This document shows, one piece after another, positions 26,578 through 35,947 of a DNA stretch of 64,000 nucleotides. The number at the start of each line of letters is the position of its first letter. The first letter of the stretch is position 1. A program made the translations under genes and the position numbers. Below the pieces are notes generated by a model. That model was not told the DNA's origin and ran no database searches. It worked only from the letters and a program-made list of their open reading frames with translations. The stretch spans positions 1,246 through 65,245 of the forward strand of contig JAFQIY010000031.1 of assembly GCA_017415165.1 (NCBI GenBank), written 5' to 3'. This stretch comes from Oscillospiraceae bacterium. GTDB taxonomy: Bacteria; Bacillota; Clostridia; Oscillospirales; Ruminococcaceae.

Positions 26578-28662
26578 ATGCCAAGAGATTGTTCACTTGA
26601 ACAAACAAGAAATATTGGTATAATGGCTCACATTGACGCAGGTAAAACAACCACAACTGAGCGTATCCTTTTCTATACAGGTATCAACCATAAGATTGGT
26701 GAAACTCACGAGGGTTCTGCAACAATGGACTGGATGGCGCAGGAGCAGGAGAGAGGTATTACAATTACTTCCGCTGCTACAACTGCACACTGGGCAGGCC
26801 ATAGAATCAATATCATTGACACCCCAGGTCACGTTGACTTTACAGTAGAAGTTGAACGTTCACTCCGTGTACTCGACGGTTCTGTAACAGTTCTTTGTGC
26901 AAAGGGCGGTGTTGAGCCTCAGACTGAAACAGTTTGGAGACAGGCTAACAAATATATGGTACCAAGAATGGTATACGTTAACAAGATGGATATTATGGGC
27001 GCTAACTTCTACCGTGTTGTAGATATGATGCTCGAACGTCTTAAGTGTAACGCTGTTCCGATTCAGCTTCCTATCGGTGCTGAGTCCACATTCAAGGGTA
27101 TCATCGACCTCGTAGAAATGAAGGCATACTGCTATTACGATGACCTCGGCAAGGATATCAGAGTTGAAGAAATCCCTGCTGATATGGCTGATAAGGCTCA
27201 GGAATATCGTGAAAAGCTCCTCGAAGCTGTTGCTGAACAGGACGAGGAAATTATGATGAAATATCTCGATGGTGAAGAGCTCACAATTGACGAAATCAAG
27301 ATGTGTATCCGTAAGGGTACAATTGCTAACGCTATGGTTCCTGTTGTATGTGGTACATCCTACAAGAACAAGGGCGTTCAGAAGCTTCTTGACGCAGTTG
27401 TTGACTATATGCCATCCCCACTTGATATCCCACCAATCAAGGGTATCAACCCTGATACAGAGCAGGAAGAAGAAAGACCTTCCTCCGACAAGGAGCCATT
27501 TGCAGCTCTTGCATTCAAGATTGCAACTGACCCATTTGTTGGTAAGCTCTGCTACTTCCGTGTATATTCCGGTACAGTAGATTCCGGTGCTACAGTTCTC
27601 AACGCAACTAAGGACAACTCTGAAAGAATGGGTCGTATCCTTCAGATGCACTCCAACCACAGAAAGGATATCGAAACTGTATACGCAGGCGATATCGCTG
27701 CTTGTGTTGGTGTTAAGAACACTACAACAGGTGATACACTCTGTGATCCTAAGGCACCTATCATTCTCGAATCTATGGAATTCCCAGAACCGGTTATCCA
27801 GCTCGCTATCGAGCCTAAGACTAAGGCTGGTCAGGAAAAGATGGGTATCGGTCTTGCTAAGCTTGCTGAAGAAGACCCAACATTCAGAACGTGGACTGAT
27901 GAAGAAACAGGTCAGACAATCATCGCTGGTATGGGTGAGCTCCACCTCGATATCATCGTTGACCGTCTCCTCAGAGAATTCAAGGTAGAGGCTAACATCG
28001 GTGCACCTCAGGTTGCTTATAAGGAAACAATCAAGAAGCTCGCTGACGTTGATCACAAGTATGCACGTCAGTCCGGTGGTAAGGGTCAGTACGGTCACGT
28101 TAAGATCAAGGTTGAGCCTAATGAATCCGGTAAGGGTTACGAGTTTGTTAATGCCGTTGTCGGCGGTGCTATTCCTAAGGAATACATTCCTGCTGTTGAC
28201 AAGGGTATCCAGGGCGCTATGAAGGCCGGTGTACTCGCTGGCTATCAGGTAGTTGACGTTAAGGTTACACTTTACGATGGTTCTTACCACGAAGTTGACT
28301 CCTCTGAAATGGCATTCTCTATTGCTGGTTCTATGGCTTTCAAGGAAGCTATGAAGAAGGCAGACGCTTGCATCCTCGAACCAATTATGAAGGTTGCAGC
28401 TATCGTTCCTGATGATTATATGGGTACTGTAATCGGCGACCTCAACGCTCGTCGTGGTCAGATCCTCGGTCAGGAAATCAACAATGGCGTTGCTCAGGTT
28501 GACGCACTTGTTCCGCTGTCTGAAATGTTCGGTTACTCCAACGACCTCCGTTCCAAGACACAGGGTCGTGGTCAGTATTCTATGGAACCTGACAGCTATA
28601 TCGAAGTTCCACGCTCCATCGCAGAAAAGATTATGTCTGCAAGAAGCAAGGGCAACGACTAA
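26578..28662 (+). CDS. fusA: Elongation factor G
   Basis: [28 protein letters not shown], 694 aa. Confidence 0.97.
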   Translation: MPRDCSLEQTRNIGIMAHIDAGKTTTTERILFYTGINHKIGETHEGSATMDWMAQEQERGITITSAATTAHWAGHRINIIDTPGHVDFTVEVERSLRVLDGSVTVLCAKGGVEPQTETVWRQANKYMVPRMVYVNKMDIMGANFYRVVDMMLERLKCNAVPIQLPIGAESTFKGIIDLVEMKAYCYYDDLGKDIRVEEIPADMADKAQEYREKLLEAVAEQDEEIMMKYLDGEELTIDEIKMCIRKGTIANAMVPVVCGTSYKNKGVQKLLDAVVDYMPSPLDIPPIKGINPDTEQEEERPSSDKEPFAALAFKIATDPFVGKLCYFRVYSGTVDSGATVLNATKDNSERMGRILQMHSNHRKDIETVYAGDIAACVGVKNTTTGDTLCDPKAPIILESMEFPEPVIQLAIEPKTKAGQEKMGIGLAKLAEEDPTFRTWTDEETGQTIIAGMGELHLDIIVDRLLREFKVEANIGAPQVAYKETIKKLADVDHKYARQSGGKGQYGHVKIKVEPNESGKGYEFVNAVVGGAIPKEYIPAVDKGIQGAMKAGVLAGYQVVDVKVTLYDGSYHEVDSSEMAFSIAGSMAFKEAMKKADACILEPIMKVAAIVPDDYMGTVIGDLNARRGQILGQEINNGVAQVDALVPLSEMFGYSNDLRSKTQGRGQYSMEPDSYIEVPRSIAEKIMSARSKGND

Positions 28663-28690
28663 TATTTTTTATAAAATTTGAAGAAAACAC

Positions 28691-28719
28691 TTGCAATTTT
28701 TTATCAAATCTGATAAAAT
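28691..28719 (+). promoter_or_regulatory. Internal promoter in front of tuf
   Basis: TTGCAA, 17 nt, TAAAAT. Confidence 0.4.
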
Positions 28720-28766
28720 ATAGGTGTTAGTATTCTACTATAATATTTATAAGGAGGACTATTCCA

Positions 28767-29969
28767 ATGGCAAAGGCTAAATTTGAAAGAACCAAACCAC
28801 ACGTTAACATTGGTACAATCGGTCACGTTGACCACGGTAAGACAACTCTTACTGCTGCTATCACAAAGTATCTCTCCCTCAAGGGACAGGCTGCATTCGA
28901 AGATTACGCAAACATCGATAAGGCTCCTGAAGAAAGAGAAAGAGGTATCACAATCAACACAGCTCACGTTGAGTACGAAACTGACAACCGTCACTACGCT
29001 CACGTTGACTGCCCAGGCCACGCTGACTATGTTAAGAACATGATCACTGGTGCTGCTCAGATGGACGGTGCTATCCTCGTAGTTGCTTCCACAGACGGTC
29101 CTATGGCTCAGACTAAGGAACACCTTCTCCTCGCTCGTCAGGTAGGCGTACCTTACATCGTTGTATTTATGAACAAGGCTGACCAGGTTGACGACCCAGA
29201 GCTCCTCGAACTCGTTGAAATGGATATCCGTGAAACACTTGACAAGTATGAATTCCCTGGCGATGATACACCAATCATCATCGGTTCTGCTTTCCAGGCT
29301 CTCGATTCCGCTTCCAAGGATCCTTCCGATCCTGTTTACGAGTGCATCCAGAAGCTTATGGACGCTGTAGACTCCTACATTCCTACACCTGAAAGAAAGG
29401 CAGACCTTCCTTTCATTATGCCTGTTGAAGACGTATTTACAATCACAGGCCGTGGTACAGTTGCTACAGGTAGAGTTGAAAGAGGTCAGCTCAAGACTGG
29501 TGACGAAGTTGAAATCGTTGGTCTTAAGGATGAAAAGTCTAAGACAGTTGTAACTGGTATCGAAATGTTCAGAAAGATCCTCGACTACGCTGAAGCAGGC
29601 GATAACATCGGTGCTCTTCTCCGTGGTGTTCAGAGAACAGATATCGAAAGAGGTCAGGTTCTTTGTAAGCCAGGCTCCATCAACCCACACACAAAGTTCA
29701 AGGGTCAGGTTTACGTTCTTAAGAAGGAAGAAGGCGGACGTCACACTCCATTCTTCAACAACTACAGACCTCAGTTCTATTTCAGAACAACTGACGTTAC
29801 TGGCGTAATCACACTCCCTGCTGATAAGGAAATGTGTATGCCTGGTGATAACGTAACTATCGACGTTGAACTCATCACACCAATCGCTATCGAAGACGGT
29901 CTCCGTTTCGCTATCCGTGAAGGTGGTAGAACAGTAGGTTCAGGCGTTGTTACAGCTATCAACGAATAA
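28767..29969 (+). CDS. tuf: Elongation factor Tu
   Basis: [32 protein letters not shown], 400 aa. Confidence 0.97.
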   Translation: MAKAKFERTKPHVNIGTIGHVDHGKTTLTAAITKYLSLKGQAAFEDYANIDKAPEERERGITINTAHVEYETDNRHYAHVDCPGHADYVKNMITGAAQMDGAILVVASTDGPMAQTKEHLLLARQVGVPYIVVFMNKADQVDDPELLELVEMDIRETLDKYEFPGDDTPIIIGSAFQALDSASKDPSDPVYECIQKLMDAVDSYIPTPERKADLPFIMPVEDVFTITGRGTVATGRVERGQLKTGDEVEIVGLKDEKSKTVVTGIEMFRKILDYAEAGDNIGALLRGVQRTDIERGQVLCKPGSINPHTKFKGQVYVLKKEEGGRHTPFFNNYRPQFYFRTTDVTGVITLPADKEMCMPGDNVTIDVELITPIAIEDGLRFAIREGGRTVGSGVVTAINE

Positions 29970-29977
29970 TTGATTTT

Positions 29978-30009
29978 AAATCCCCATACCTCGGTATGGG
30001 GATTTTTTA
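29978..30009 (+). terminator. Rho-independent terminator of the str operon
   Basis: ATCCCCATAC-ctcg-GTATGGGGAT followed by TTTTT. Confidence 0.8.
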
Positions 30010-30024
30010 TAAGGAGAATTTGCT

Positions 30025-30486
30025 ATGTGCTTCATCTGCGATAGAATCGAAATGATAAAAAACAGTACAAACCCATACTTTGTGAAGGAGCTGGAAACAG
30101 GCTACGTTGTTATCGGCGATAATCAGCATTTCAAGGGCTATACTATATTTCTTTGCAAGGAACATAAAACTGAATTGTTTCAGCTGGAGAATTCAACCAA
30201 GATGAAGTTTTTGGAGGAAATGTCTGTCGTGGCGGAGGCGGTGTCAAATGCTTTCGGAGCAGAGAAAATGAATTATGAGCTGCTTGGTAACGGCGATACT
30301 CACCTTCACTGGCATCTCTTTCCAAGAAAAACAGGTGATATCGAAAATTACGGAAACAACGGTAAGGGTCCTGTGTGGTGGTATCCTATGCATTTAATGT
30401 ACGACGACAGCAATCGTCCTACTGATGATGAACTTAATGAGATGAAACAGAAACTACTGACAGAACTTGATAAGCTGATAAAATAA
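30025..30486 (+). CDS. HIT family hydrolase
   Basis: Histidine triad THLHWHLFPR. Confidence 0.8.
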   Translation: MCFICDRIEMIKNSTNPYFVKELETGYVVIGDNQHFKGYTIFLCKEHKTELFQLENSTKMKFLEEMSVVAEAVSNAFGAEKMNYELLGNGDTHLHWHLFPRKTGDIENYGNNGKGPVWWYPMHLMYDDSNRPTDDELNEMKQKLLTELDKLIK

Positions 30487-30516
30487 AAAAATCCCCGTAC
30501 CGAAGTACGGGAATTT
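30487..30516. terminator. Bidirectional terminator
   Basis: CCCGTAC-cgaa-GTACGGG flanked by an A-run and a T-rich tract, between convergent genes. Confidence 0.7.
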
Positions 30517-30532
30517 AAGTATGCTTTGTTGA

Positions 30533-30703
30533 TTATTCAGCAACAGGAGCAGATACAGGGCAAGCGTCAGCACAAGCGCCGCAGTCGATGCATGTTGCAG
30601 CGTCGATAACGTACTTGCCGTCACCCTCAGAAATAGCGTTTACAGGGCAGCCGTCTGCGCAAGCGCCGCAGCTGATGCAATCGTCGTTGATGATGTATGC
30701 CAT
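30533..30703 (-). CDS. fdx: Clostridial-type 2x[4Fe-4S] ferredoxin (56 aa)
   Basis: Hand translation gives MAYIINDDCISCGACADGCPVNAISEGDGKYVIDAATCIDCGACADACPVSAPVAE*. It has two CxxCxxCxxxCP motifs and SD GGAGGTG upstream. It is absent from the ORF track because it is under 60 aa. Confidence 0.9.
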   Translation of the reverse strand: MAYIINDDCISCGACADGCPVNAISEGDGKYVIDAATCIDCGACADACPVSAPVAE

Positions 30704-30848
30704 TGAAAAACACCTCCATGTTTGGTCTTGGGAAATGTATTCCGAAAGCTTATTTCGGATTTCCTAACTACTATTTTATCATATTTTTCGAAAAATGCAA
30801 GAGATAATTAAGAATTTTTATAAAAAGTGATTTTTTTTTGTGAAACAC

Positions 30849-30877
30849 TTGAAGTTTAGGGAAAAATATAGTACAAT
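30849..30877 (+). promoter_or_regulatory. Sigma-A-type promoter of the pur operon
   Basis: TTGAAG, 17 nt, TACAAT. Confidence 0.5.
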
Positions 30878-30912
30878 ATATATGATTTGAATTTGCTATG
30901 GAGGGTTTGACC

Positions 30913-31035
30913 GTGACAATTATTGCCAACCGTTTAACTGATTCCATATATTTTTCTGCGCTGCTGTCAGGACAGTGTTCTCGCTGCGGCGGGATTTTTG
31001 TATCAAAAAATAAGTGCGCACCAATCAAGCTGTGA
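30913..31035 (+). CDS. Candidate 40-codon leader ORF in the purE leader (speculative)
   Basis: A GTG lies 7 nt after GGAGGG (30900-30905). The frame stays open to TGA 31033-31035, which lies inside the 5' arm of the leader terminator. Confidence 0.25.
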   Translation: MTIIANRLTDSIYFSALLSGQCSRCGGIFVSKNKCAPIKL

Positions 31036-31066
31036 TTACCTGCTGTTTTCACAGCTTTTTGTTTTG
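31027..31066 (+). terminator. Intrinsic terminator in the purE leader (attenuator)
   Basis: AAGCTGTGA (31027-31035), 13-nt loop, TCACAGCTT (31049-31057), then TTTGTTTTG. It lies 48 nt upstream of the purE ATG. Confidence 0.7.
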
Positions 31067-31113
31067 TAAAAAAAAGTAATTTTATAATAAATTTCCGAAA
31101 AGGAGTTATATCT

Positions 31114-31611
31114 ATGTTGAAAAAAGTTGCAGTAATTATGGGCAGTGACAGCGATTTTCCTGTTGTAAAGGACGCTGTTGCAGAGCTGAAGGCTTACGGT
31201 GTTCCTTATGAGGTGCACGTTATGTCTGCTCACCGTACTCCCGAAATGGCTTCCGAGTTTGCTTCAAAAGCTAAGGAAAACGGCTTCGGTATTATCATCT
31301 GTGCGGCAGGTATGGCGGCTCACCTTGCAGGTGTAATCGCAGGTCACACAACTCTCCCTGTAATCGGTATTCCGATTAAGTCTACGTTTGACGGACTTGA
31401 TGCACTTCTTGCTACAGTTCAGATGCCTTCGGGTATCCCTGTTGCAACAGTTGCTGTAAACGGTGCAAAGAACGCTGCTATCCTTGCAATTCAGATGCTT
31501 GCAATTTCCGATGAGGGACTTGCTGAGAAGCTTGCTGAGGCAAAGGTTAAGATGATTGAGGGCGTTAAGGCTAAGGATGAAAAGATGCAGCAGATGGTTG
31601 CTGAACTTTAA
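31114..31611 (+). CDS. purE: Phosphoribosylaminoimidazole carboxylase catalytic subunit / N5-CAIR mutase
   Basis: VAVIMGSDSDFPV...MSAHRTPE...AGMAAHLAG. Confidence 0.95.
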   Translation: MLKKVAVIMGSDSDFPVVKDAVAELKAYGVPYEVHVMSAHRTPEMASEFASKAKENGFGIIICAAGMAAHLAGVIAGHTTLPVIGIPIKSTFDGLDALLATVQMPSGIPVATVAVNGAKNAAILAIQMLAISDEGLAEKLAEAKVKMIEGVKAKDEKMQQMVAEL

Positions 31612-31634
31612 TTTATAAAATTTGGAGATTTACT

Positions 31635-33056
31635 ATGGGTGGATTTTTTGGAGCAGCTGCTAAAAACAACTGCGTGAGTGACGTTTTTTTCGGTACTGAC
31701 TATCATTCACATCTCGGTACACGCCGAGGCGGTATGACGGCTTACGATAAGGAGCTGGGCTTTCAGAGAAGTATTCACAGCATTGAAAATTCGCCGTTCA
31801 GAACTAAGTTCGAGGGCGATATTGACGCAATGCAGGGTGAACTTTGTATCGGCTGTATAAGCGACTCTGACCCGCAGCCTATCCTGCTTCGTTCAAAGCT
31901 GGGTGTGTACGCTGTTTGTAATATCGGTGTTATCAATAATGCTGAGGCACTGAGAAATGAAATTGTTGACAACTGCTTTGCAAGCTTTGAAGCTATGAGC
32001 AGCGGCAAGGTAAATTCAAGCTCTCTTATCGGTGCACTTATTTCTCAGAAGGACAATTTCGTTGACGGTATCAAGTATGCACAGGAAAAAATTGACGGAA
32101 CAATGTCCCTTATGATTTTGACAGACCATTCCGTTATCTGTGCAAGAGATAAACGCGGCAGACTTCCTATTATTATAGGTAAGCGTGAGGACGGCTACTG
32201 CTGTTCATTTGAGTCGTTTGCTTTTCAGAAGCTTGGGTACGAAATTTACCGTGAGCTTATGCCGGGCGAAATCGTGGAGTTTACTCCGGATAGCTTTACC
32301 GTGCTTGAAAAGGGAACAGAGGATATGAAAATCTGTACCTTCCTCTGGACGTATTACGGCTACCCCAACTCAATTTATGAGGGTGTAACTGTTGAAACAA
32401 TGAGAACACGCAACGGCGAAATTATGGCTGAATTTGATATCAAGAACGGTACACTTCCTGATGTTGACTATGTTTGCGGTGTTCCTGACTCGGGTGTGCC
32501 ACACGCAATCGGCTACGCAAACAGAAGCGGTATTCCTTTTGCAAGACCGTTTATCAAGTATACACCAACCTGGCCAAGAAGCTTTATGCCACAGAGCCAG
32601 ACAATGAGAAACCACGTTGCGAAAATGAAGCTTGTTCCTGTTCACGAGCTTATCGAGGGCAAGAAGCTTTTGTTTGTTGACGACAGCATCGTAAGAGGTA
32701 CACAGATGCGTGAAACCGTTGAGTTCCTTTACGCAAACGGTGCAAAGGAGGTTCATATGCGTTCGGCGTGTCCTCCGATTATGTACAGCTGTAAGTATCT
32801 GAATTTCTCACGAAGCAATTCAGAACTTGACCTTATCGCACGTCAGATTATTCACGAATTTGAGGGCGAAGAGGGCGTTAAATATATCGAGGAGTACAGC
32901 AATACCAATACAGAACGCGGCAAGAAGCTTCGTGCTGAAATCTGTAAGAGATTGAAGCTTACTTCCCTTGAATTCCAGTCACTTGAGGGCACATATGACG
33001 CTGTAGGAATTGACAAGTGCAAGATGTGTACCTACTGCTGGAACGGTAAAGGCTGA
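31635..33056 (+). CDS. Amidophosphoribosyltransferase homologue lacking the N-terminal Cys nucleophile
   Basis: PRTase domain (LLFVDDSIVRGTQMRE) at the purF position in the operon. The N-terminus reads MGGFFGAAAK where canonical PurF has CG[IV].G. Confidence 0.8.
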   Translation: MGGFFGAAAKNNCVSDVFFGTDYHSHLGTRRGGMTAYDKELGFQRSIHSIENSPFRTKFEGDIDAMQGELCIGCISDSDPQPILLRSKLGVYAVCNIGVINNAEALRNEIVDNCFASFEAMSSGKVNSSSLIGALISQKDNFVDGIKYAQEKIDGTMSLMILTDHSVICARDKRGRLPIIIGKREDGYCCSFESFAFQKLGYEIYRELMPGEIVEFTPDSFTVLEKGTEDMKICTFLWTYYGYPNSIYEGVTVETMRTRNGEIMAEFDIKNGTLPDVDYVCGVPDSGVPHAIGYANRSGIPFARPFIKYTPTWPRSFMPQSQTMRNHVAKMKLVPVHELIEGKKLLFVDDSIVRGTQMRETVEFLYANGAKEVHMRSACPPIMYSCKYLNFSRSNSELDLIARQIIHEFEGEEGVKYIEEYSNTNTERGKKLRAEICKRLKLTSLEFQSLEGTYDAVGIDKCKMCTYCWNGKG

Positions 33057-33080
33057 TAAATTTTGAAAGGAATAGATATT

Positions 33081-34115
33081 ATGAAGAGTTTTTCCGATAG
33101 CTACAAGGACGCAGGTGTTGACGTAACCGCAGGCTATAAGTCCGTTGAACTTATGAAATCCCACGTTGCACGCACAATGACAAAGGGTGTGCTTTCCGGC
33201 ATTGGCGGCTTCGGCGGTCTGTTTGAAATGGACCTCTCTGAGGTTAAGAACCCTGTTCTCGTTTCGGGTACTGACGGTGTCGGTACAAAAATCAAGGCAG
33301 CGTTCATTATGGACAAGCACGATACAGTTGGTATCGACTGTGTTGCTATGTGCGTAAATGATATCATCTGCTGCGGCGCAAAGCCTATGTTCTTCCTGGA
33401 CTATATCGCTTGCGGCAAGAACATTCCTGAAAAGATTGCAACTATCGTTTCAGGTGTTGCTGAGGGCTGCGTACAGGCTGGCTGTGCACTTATCGGCGGC
33501 GAAACAGCTGAACACCCGGGTATGATGCCTGAGGACGAATATGACCTCGCTGGTTTCTCCGTAGGTGTTGTTGACAAGGAAAAAATCCTTGACCCTTCCA
33601 CACAGAAGGCTGGGGACGTTATGATTGCTATCAAGTCCAGCGGTATCCACTCCAATGGCTTCTCTCTTATCAGAAAGGTATTCGATATGACAGAGGAGTC
33701 CCTCAACAAGTATTATGATGAGCTTGGTATGAAGCTTGGCGAGTGTCTGCTCACACCTACAAGAATTTACGTTAAGCCTATTCTGGCTCTCCTTGACGCT
33801 GTAAATGTCAAGTCCATCAGCCATATCACAGGCGGCGGCTTCTACGAAAATATTCCTCGTGCACTCCCTGACGGACTTTCCGCTAAGATTGCAAGAGCTG
33901 ATGTTCAGGTTCTCCCTATCTTTGACCTTATCGCAAAGACAGGCAACATTCCTGAGCGTGATATGTTCAATACATACAATATGGGCGTTGGTATGTGCGT
34001 TGTTGTTGACAAGGCAGATGCTGACAAGGCTATCGCTGCACTTAAGGCAGCAGGCGAGGAAGCTTATGTTCTCGGTGAGCTTGTTGAAAGCGATGAGGGC
34101 GTAATCATTTACTAA
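33081..34115 (+). CDS. purM: Phosphoribosylformylglycinamidine cyclo-ligase (AIR synthetase)
   Basis: YKDAGVDV...GGFGGLF...SGTDGVGTK. Confidence 0.95.
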   Translation: MKSFSDSYKDAGVDVTAGYKSVELMKSHVARTMTKGVLSGIGGFGGLFEMDLSEVKNPVLVSGTDGVGTKIKAAFIMDKHDTVGIDCVAMCVNDIICCGAKPMFFLDYIACGKNIPEKIATIVSGVAEGCVQAGCALIGGETAEHPGMMPEDEYDLAGFSVGVVDKEKILDPSTQKAGDVMIAIKSSGIHSNGFSLIRKVFDMTEESLNKYYDELGMKLGECLLTPTRIYVKPILALLDAVNVKSISHITGGGFYENIPRALPDGLSAKIARADVQVLPIFDLIAKTGNIPERDMFNTYNMGVGMCVVVDKADADKAIAALKAAGEEAYVLGELVESDEGVIIY

Positions 34116-34170
34116 GCAAATTTAAGGCTGTAAATATCTTTTGCAGCCTTGATTTTTTAAGGAGGCTGCT

Positions 34171-34797
34171 ATGAAAAATATTGTTGTACTGGTTTCGGGC
34201 GGCGGAACAAATCTCCAGGCACTTATCGATGCCGAAAAAAGAGGAGAGATTGTCGGCGGTAAAATCACCTGCGTAATCGCCTCAAACCCCGAAGCTTACG
34301 CACTTGAACGTGCAAAGCAGAACGGCATTGCAACCCGTGTGCTCGTCCGAAAGGATTACTCCGATGTGCACGCATACAGCAAGGCTATGCTTGACGCACT
34401 CAACGAGGAAAAAGCTGACCTTGTGGTTTACGCAGGCTTTATGACAATTCTCGATGAAACACTTTGCAGAGCTTATCCCAACAAGATGATTAATGTTCAC
34501 CCTGCACTTATCCCGTCATTCTGCGGTAAGGGCTTCTACGGTCTCCACGTCCACGAAGCGGCGCTTGAAAAGGGTGTGAAGGTAACAGGTGCAACGGTTC
34601 ATTTTGTTACCGAGGTTTGCGACGGCGGACCGATTATTTTGCAGGACACCGTTCCCGTGCTCAACGGCGATACACCTGAAATCCTCCAGCGCAGAGTTAT
34701 GGAAAATGTCGAGTGGAAAATTCTCCCCAAGGCAGTTTCCTTGTTCTGTCAGGATAAGATTACCGTTGATGGTGACAAAGCTTATATAAACGAGTGA
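34171..34797 (+). CDS. purN: Phosphoribosylglycinamide formyltransferase
   Basis: VVLVSGGGTNLQALID...INVHPALIPSF. Confidence 0.93.
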   Translation: MKNIVVLVSGGGTNLQALIDAEKRGEIVGGKITCVIASNPEAYALERAKQNGIATRVLVRKDYSDVHAYSKAMLDALNEEKADLVVYAGFMTILDETLCRAYPNKMINVHPALIPSFCGKGFYGLHVHEAALEKGVKVTGATVHFVTEVCDGGPIILQDTVPVLNGDTPEILQRRVMENVEWKILPKAVSLFCQDKITVDGDKAYINE

Positions 34798-35177
34798 TGA
34801 ATGATAAGGAAAAGAAAAAAGCATTCGGATTGGTTGGGCTTATATTTATTCTTATAGGAGTAGGTCTCATAATTCATAGCTTTTTTTGCACTGTCATATA
34901 TGATAAGTGTGAGGGCGAGTTGTACGTTACAACAAAGAGCAGAAATCAGATAGCTTATATTACATATGAATATGATGGCAGAATTTATGAGAATATAGCA
35001 TTGCCATATTATAATGCTTTTACAATGAAAGACGGAAAAACGTGTACTGTCTATATCAGTTCTGACAGCCCTGATAAGCCTAAGACAACAAGTTTCGGAT
35101 TAGCTGTATTTGTTGTACTGGCAGGATTTTTTGTGTCAAGGTCAGGCGGCTCAGAAACTACTGAAATTGATATGTAA
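34797..35177 (+). CDS. Small two-TM membrane protein (DUF3592-like topology) inside the pur operon
   Basis: The ATG overlaps the purN TGA (TGATG). The layout is TM, a beta-rich soluble segment, then a second TM. Confidence 0.55.
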   Translation: MNDKEKKKAFGLVGLIFILIGVGLIIHSFFCTVIYDKCEGELYVTTKSRNQIAYITYEYDGRIYENIALPYYNAFTMKDGKTCTVYISSDSPDKPKTTSFGLAVFVVLAGFFVSRSGGSETTEIDM

Positions 35178-35207
35178 ATTTTAACCTCGGAAAGGATGGT
35201 TTTAACT

Positions 35208-35930
35208 ATGAATACAATCGCATTTGAAAAGGAACTCACAACTCTCCCTTACCACGGCAGAGGCATTATGCTCGGCAAATCCGCTGACGGTAAGAAGGCA
35301 GTTATCGCTTACTTCATTATGGGCAGAAGCGAAAACAGCCGCAACCGTGTATTTGTTGAGGACGGCGAGGGTATCAGAACACAGGCTTTTGACCCTTCCA
35401 AGATGACTGACCCGCACCTCATCATCTACGCTCCTGTTCGTGTTCTCGGCAACAAGACAATCGTTACAAACGGCGACCAGACCGATACAATCTACGAGCT
35501 TATGGACAAGCAGATGACTTTTGAGCAGTCCCTTCGTACACGTGAATTCGAAGATGATAAGCCTAACTACACACCTCGTATTTCAGGCATTATCCGCCTT
35601 GAAAATGACGGTATGAACTACGCTATGTCTATCCTCAAGAGCGACGACGGCAACGCTGACTGCTGCATCAGAAACACTTACGCATACAGCAATCCTGAAA
35701 ACGGCGTAGGCAGATTTATCCACACTTATGCTCGTGACGAGGAAAACGGCAGACTCCCAAGCTTTGAGGGCGAGCCAAAGAAGGTTACAATTCCTGACCT
35801 TGACATTGACGCATTTACAAATCTTGTTTGGGAAAATCTCAACGCTGACAACAAGGTTTCTCTTTTCACAAGATATATCGACCTTGAAACAGGCAAGTAT
35901 GAAAGCAGAATTGTTAATAAGAACAACTAA
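35208..35930 (+). CDS. IMP cyclohydrolase, PurO-like (archaeal type)
   Basis: YHGRGIMLGKS.DGK.AV.AYFIMGRSENSRNRVF resembles the PurO family. It sits directly upstream of an AICARFT-only gene. Confidence 0.65.
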   Translation: MNTIAFEKELTTLPYHGRGIMLGKSADGKKAVIAYFIMGRSENSRNRVFVEDGEGIRTQAFDPSKMTDPHLIIYAPVRVLGNKTIVTNGDQTDTIYELMDKQMTFEQSLRTREFEDDKPNYTPRISGIIRLENDGMNYAMSILKSDDGNADCCIRNTYAYSNPENGVGRFIHTYARDEENGRLPSFEGEPKKVTIPDLDIDAFTNLVWENLNADNKVSLFTRYIDLETGKYESRIVNKNN

Positions 35931-35947
35931 TTTGGGAGGAATAAAAA

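Noticed and set aside
26860-28290. 476-aa ORF antisense to fusA. Similar long antisense ORFs occur at 28704-29744 (tuf), 19570-20763 (lepA), 35999-37006 (purH), 42869-43888 (feoB), 45322-46155 (xylB), 46494-47924 (xylA), 59526-60227 (pyrF) and 61308-62303 (pyrC).
   Set aside because: Each lies opposite a highly conserved, unambiguous gene. The translations are Cys/Val/Leu-rich nonsense with no motifs or SD. These are typical shadow ORFs caused by the codon bias of the real gene.
30885-30950. Possible purine (xpt-type) riboswitch in the purE leader. Short matches occur to UAUGG, GUUUxACC and CCGUxxAA, and an AUAUAUG/CAUAUAU P1-like pairing is possible.
   Set aside because: The segments flanking the would-be L2 and L3 loops are not complementary, so P2 and P3 cannot form. 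I also could not find the ZTP (GGGUCGUGAC...CCGCCUGGGC) or ykkC/PRPP cores. This needs a covariance-model scan to be definitive.
30771-31052. 93-aa minus-strand ORF covering the fdx-purE intergenic region.
   Set aside because: No SD. It overlaps the pur promoter, leader and terminator. It is AT-rich with a low-complexity translation.
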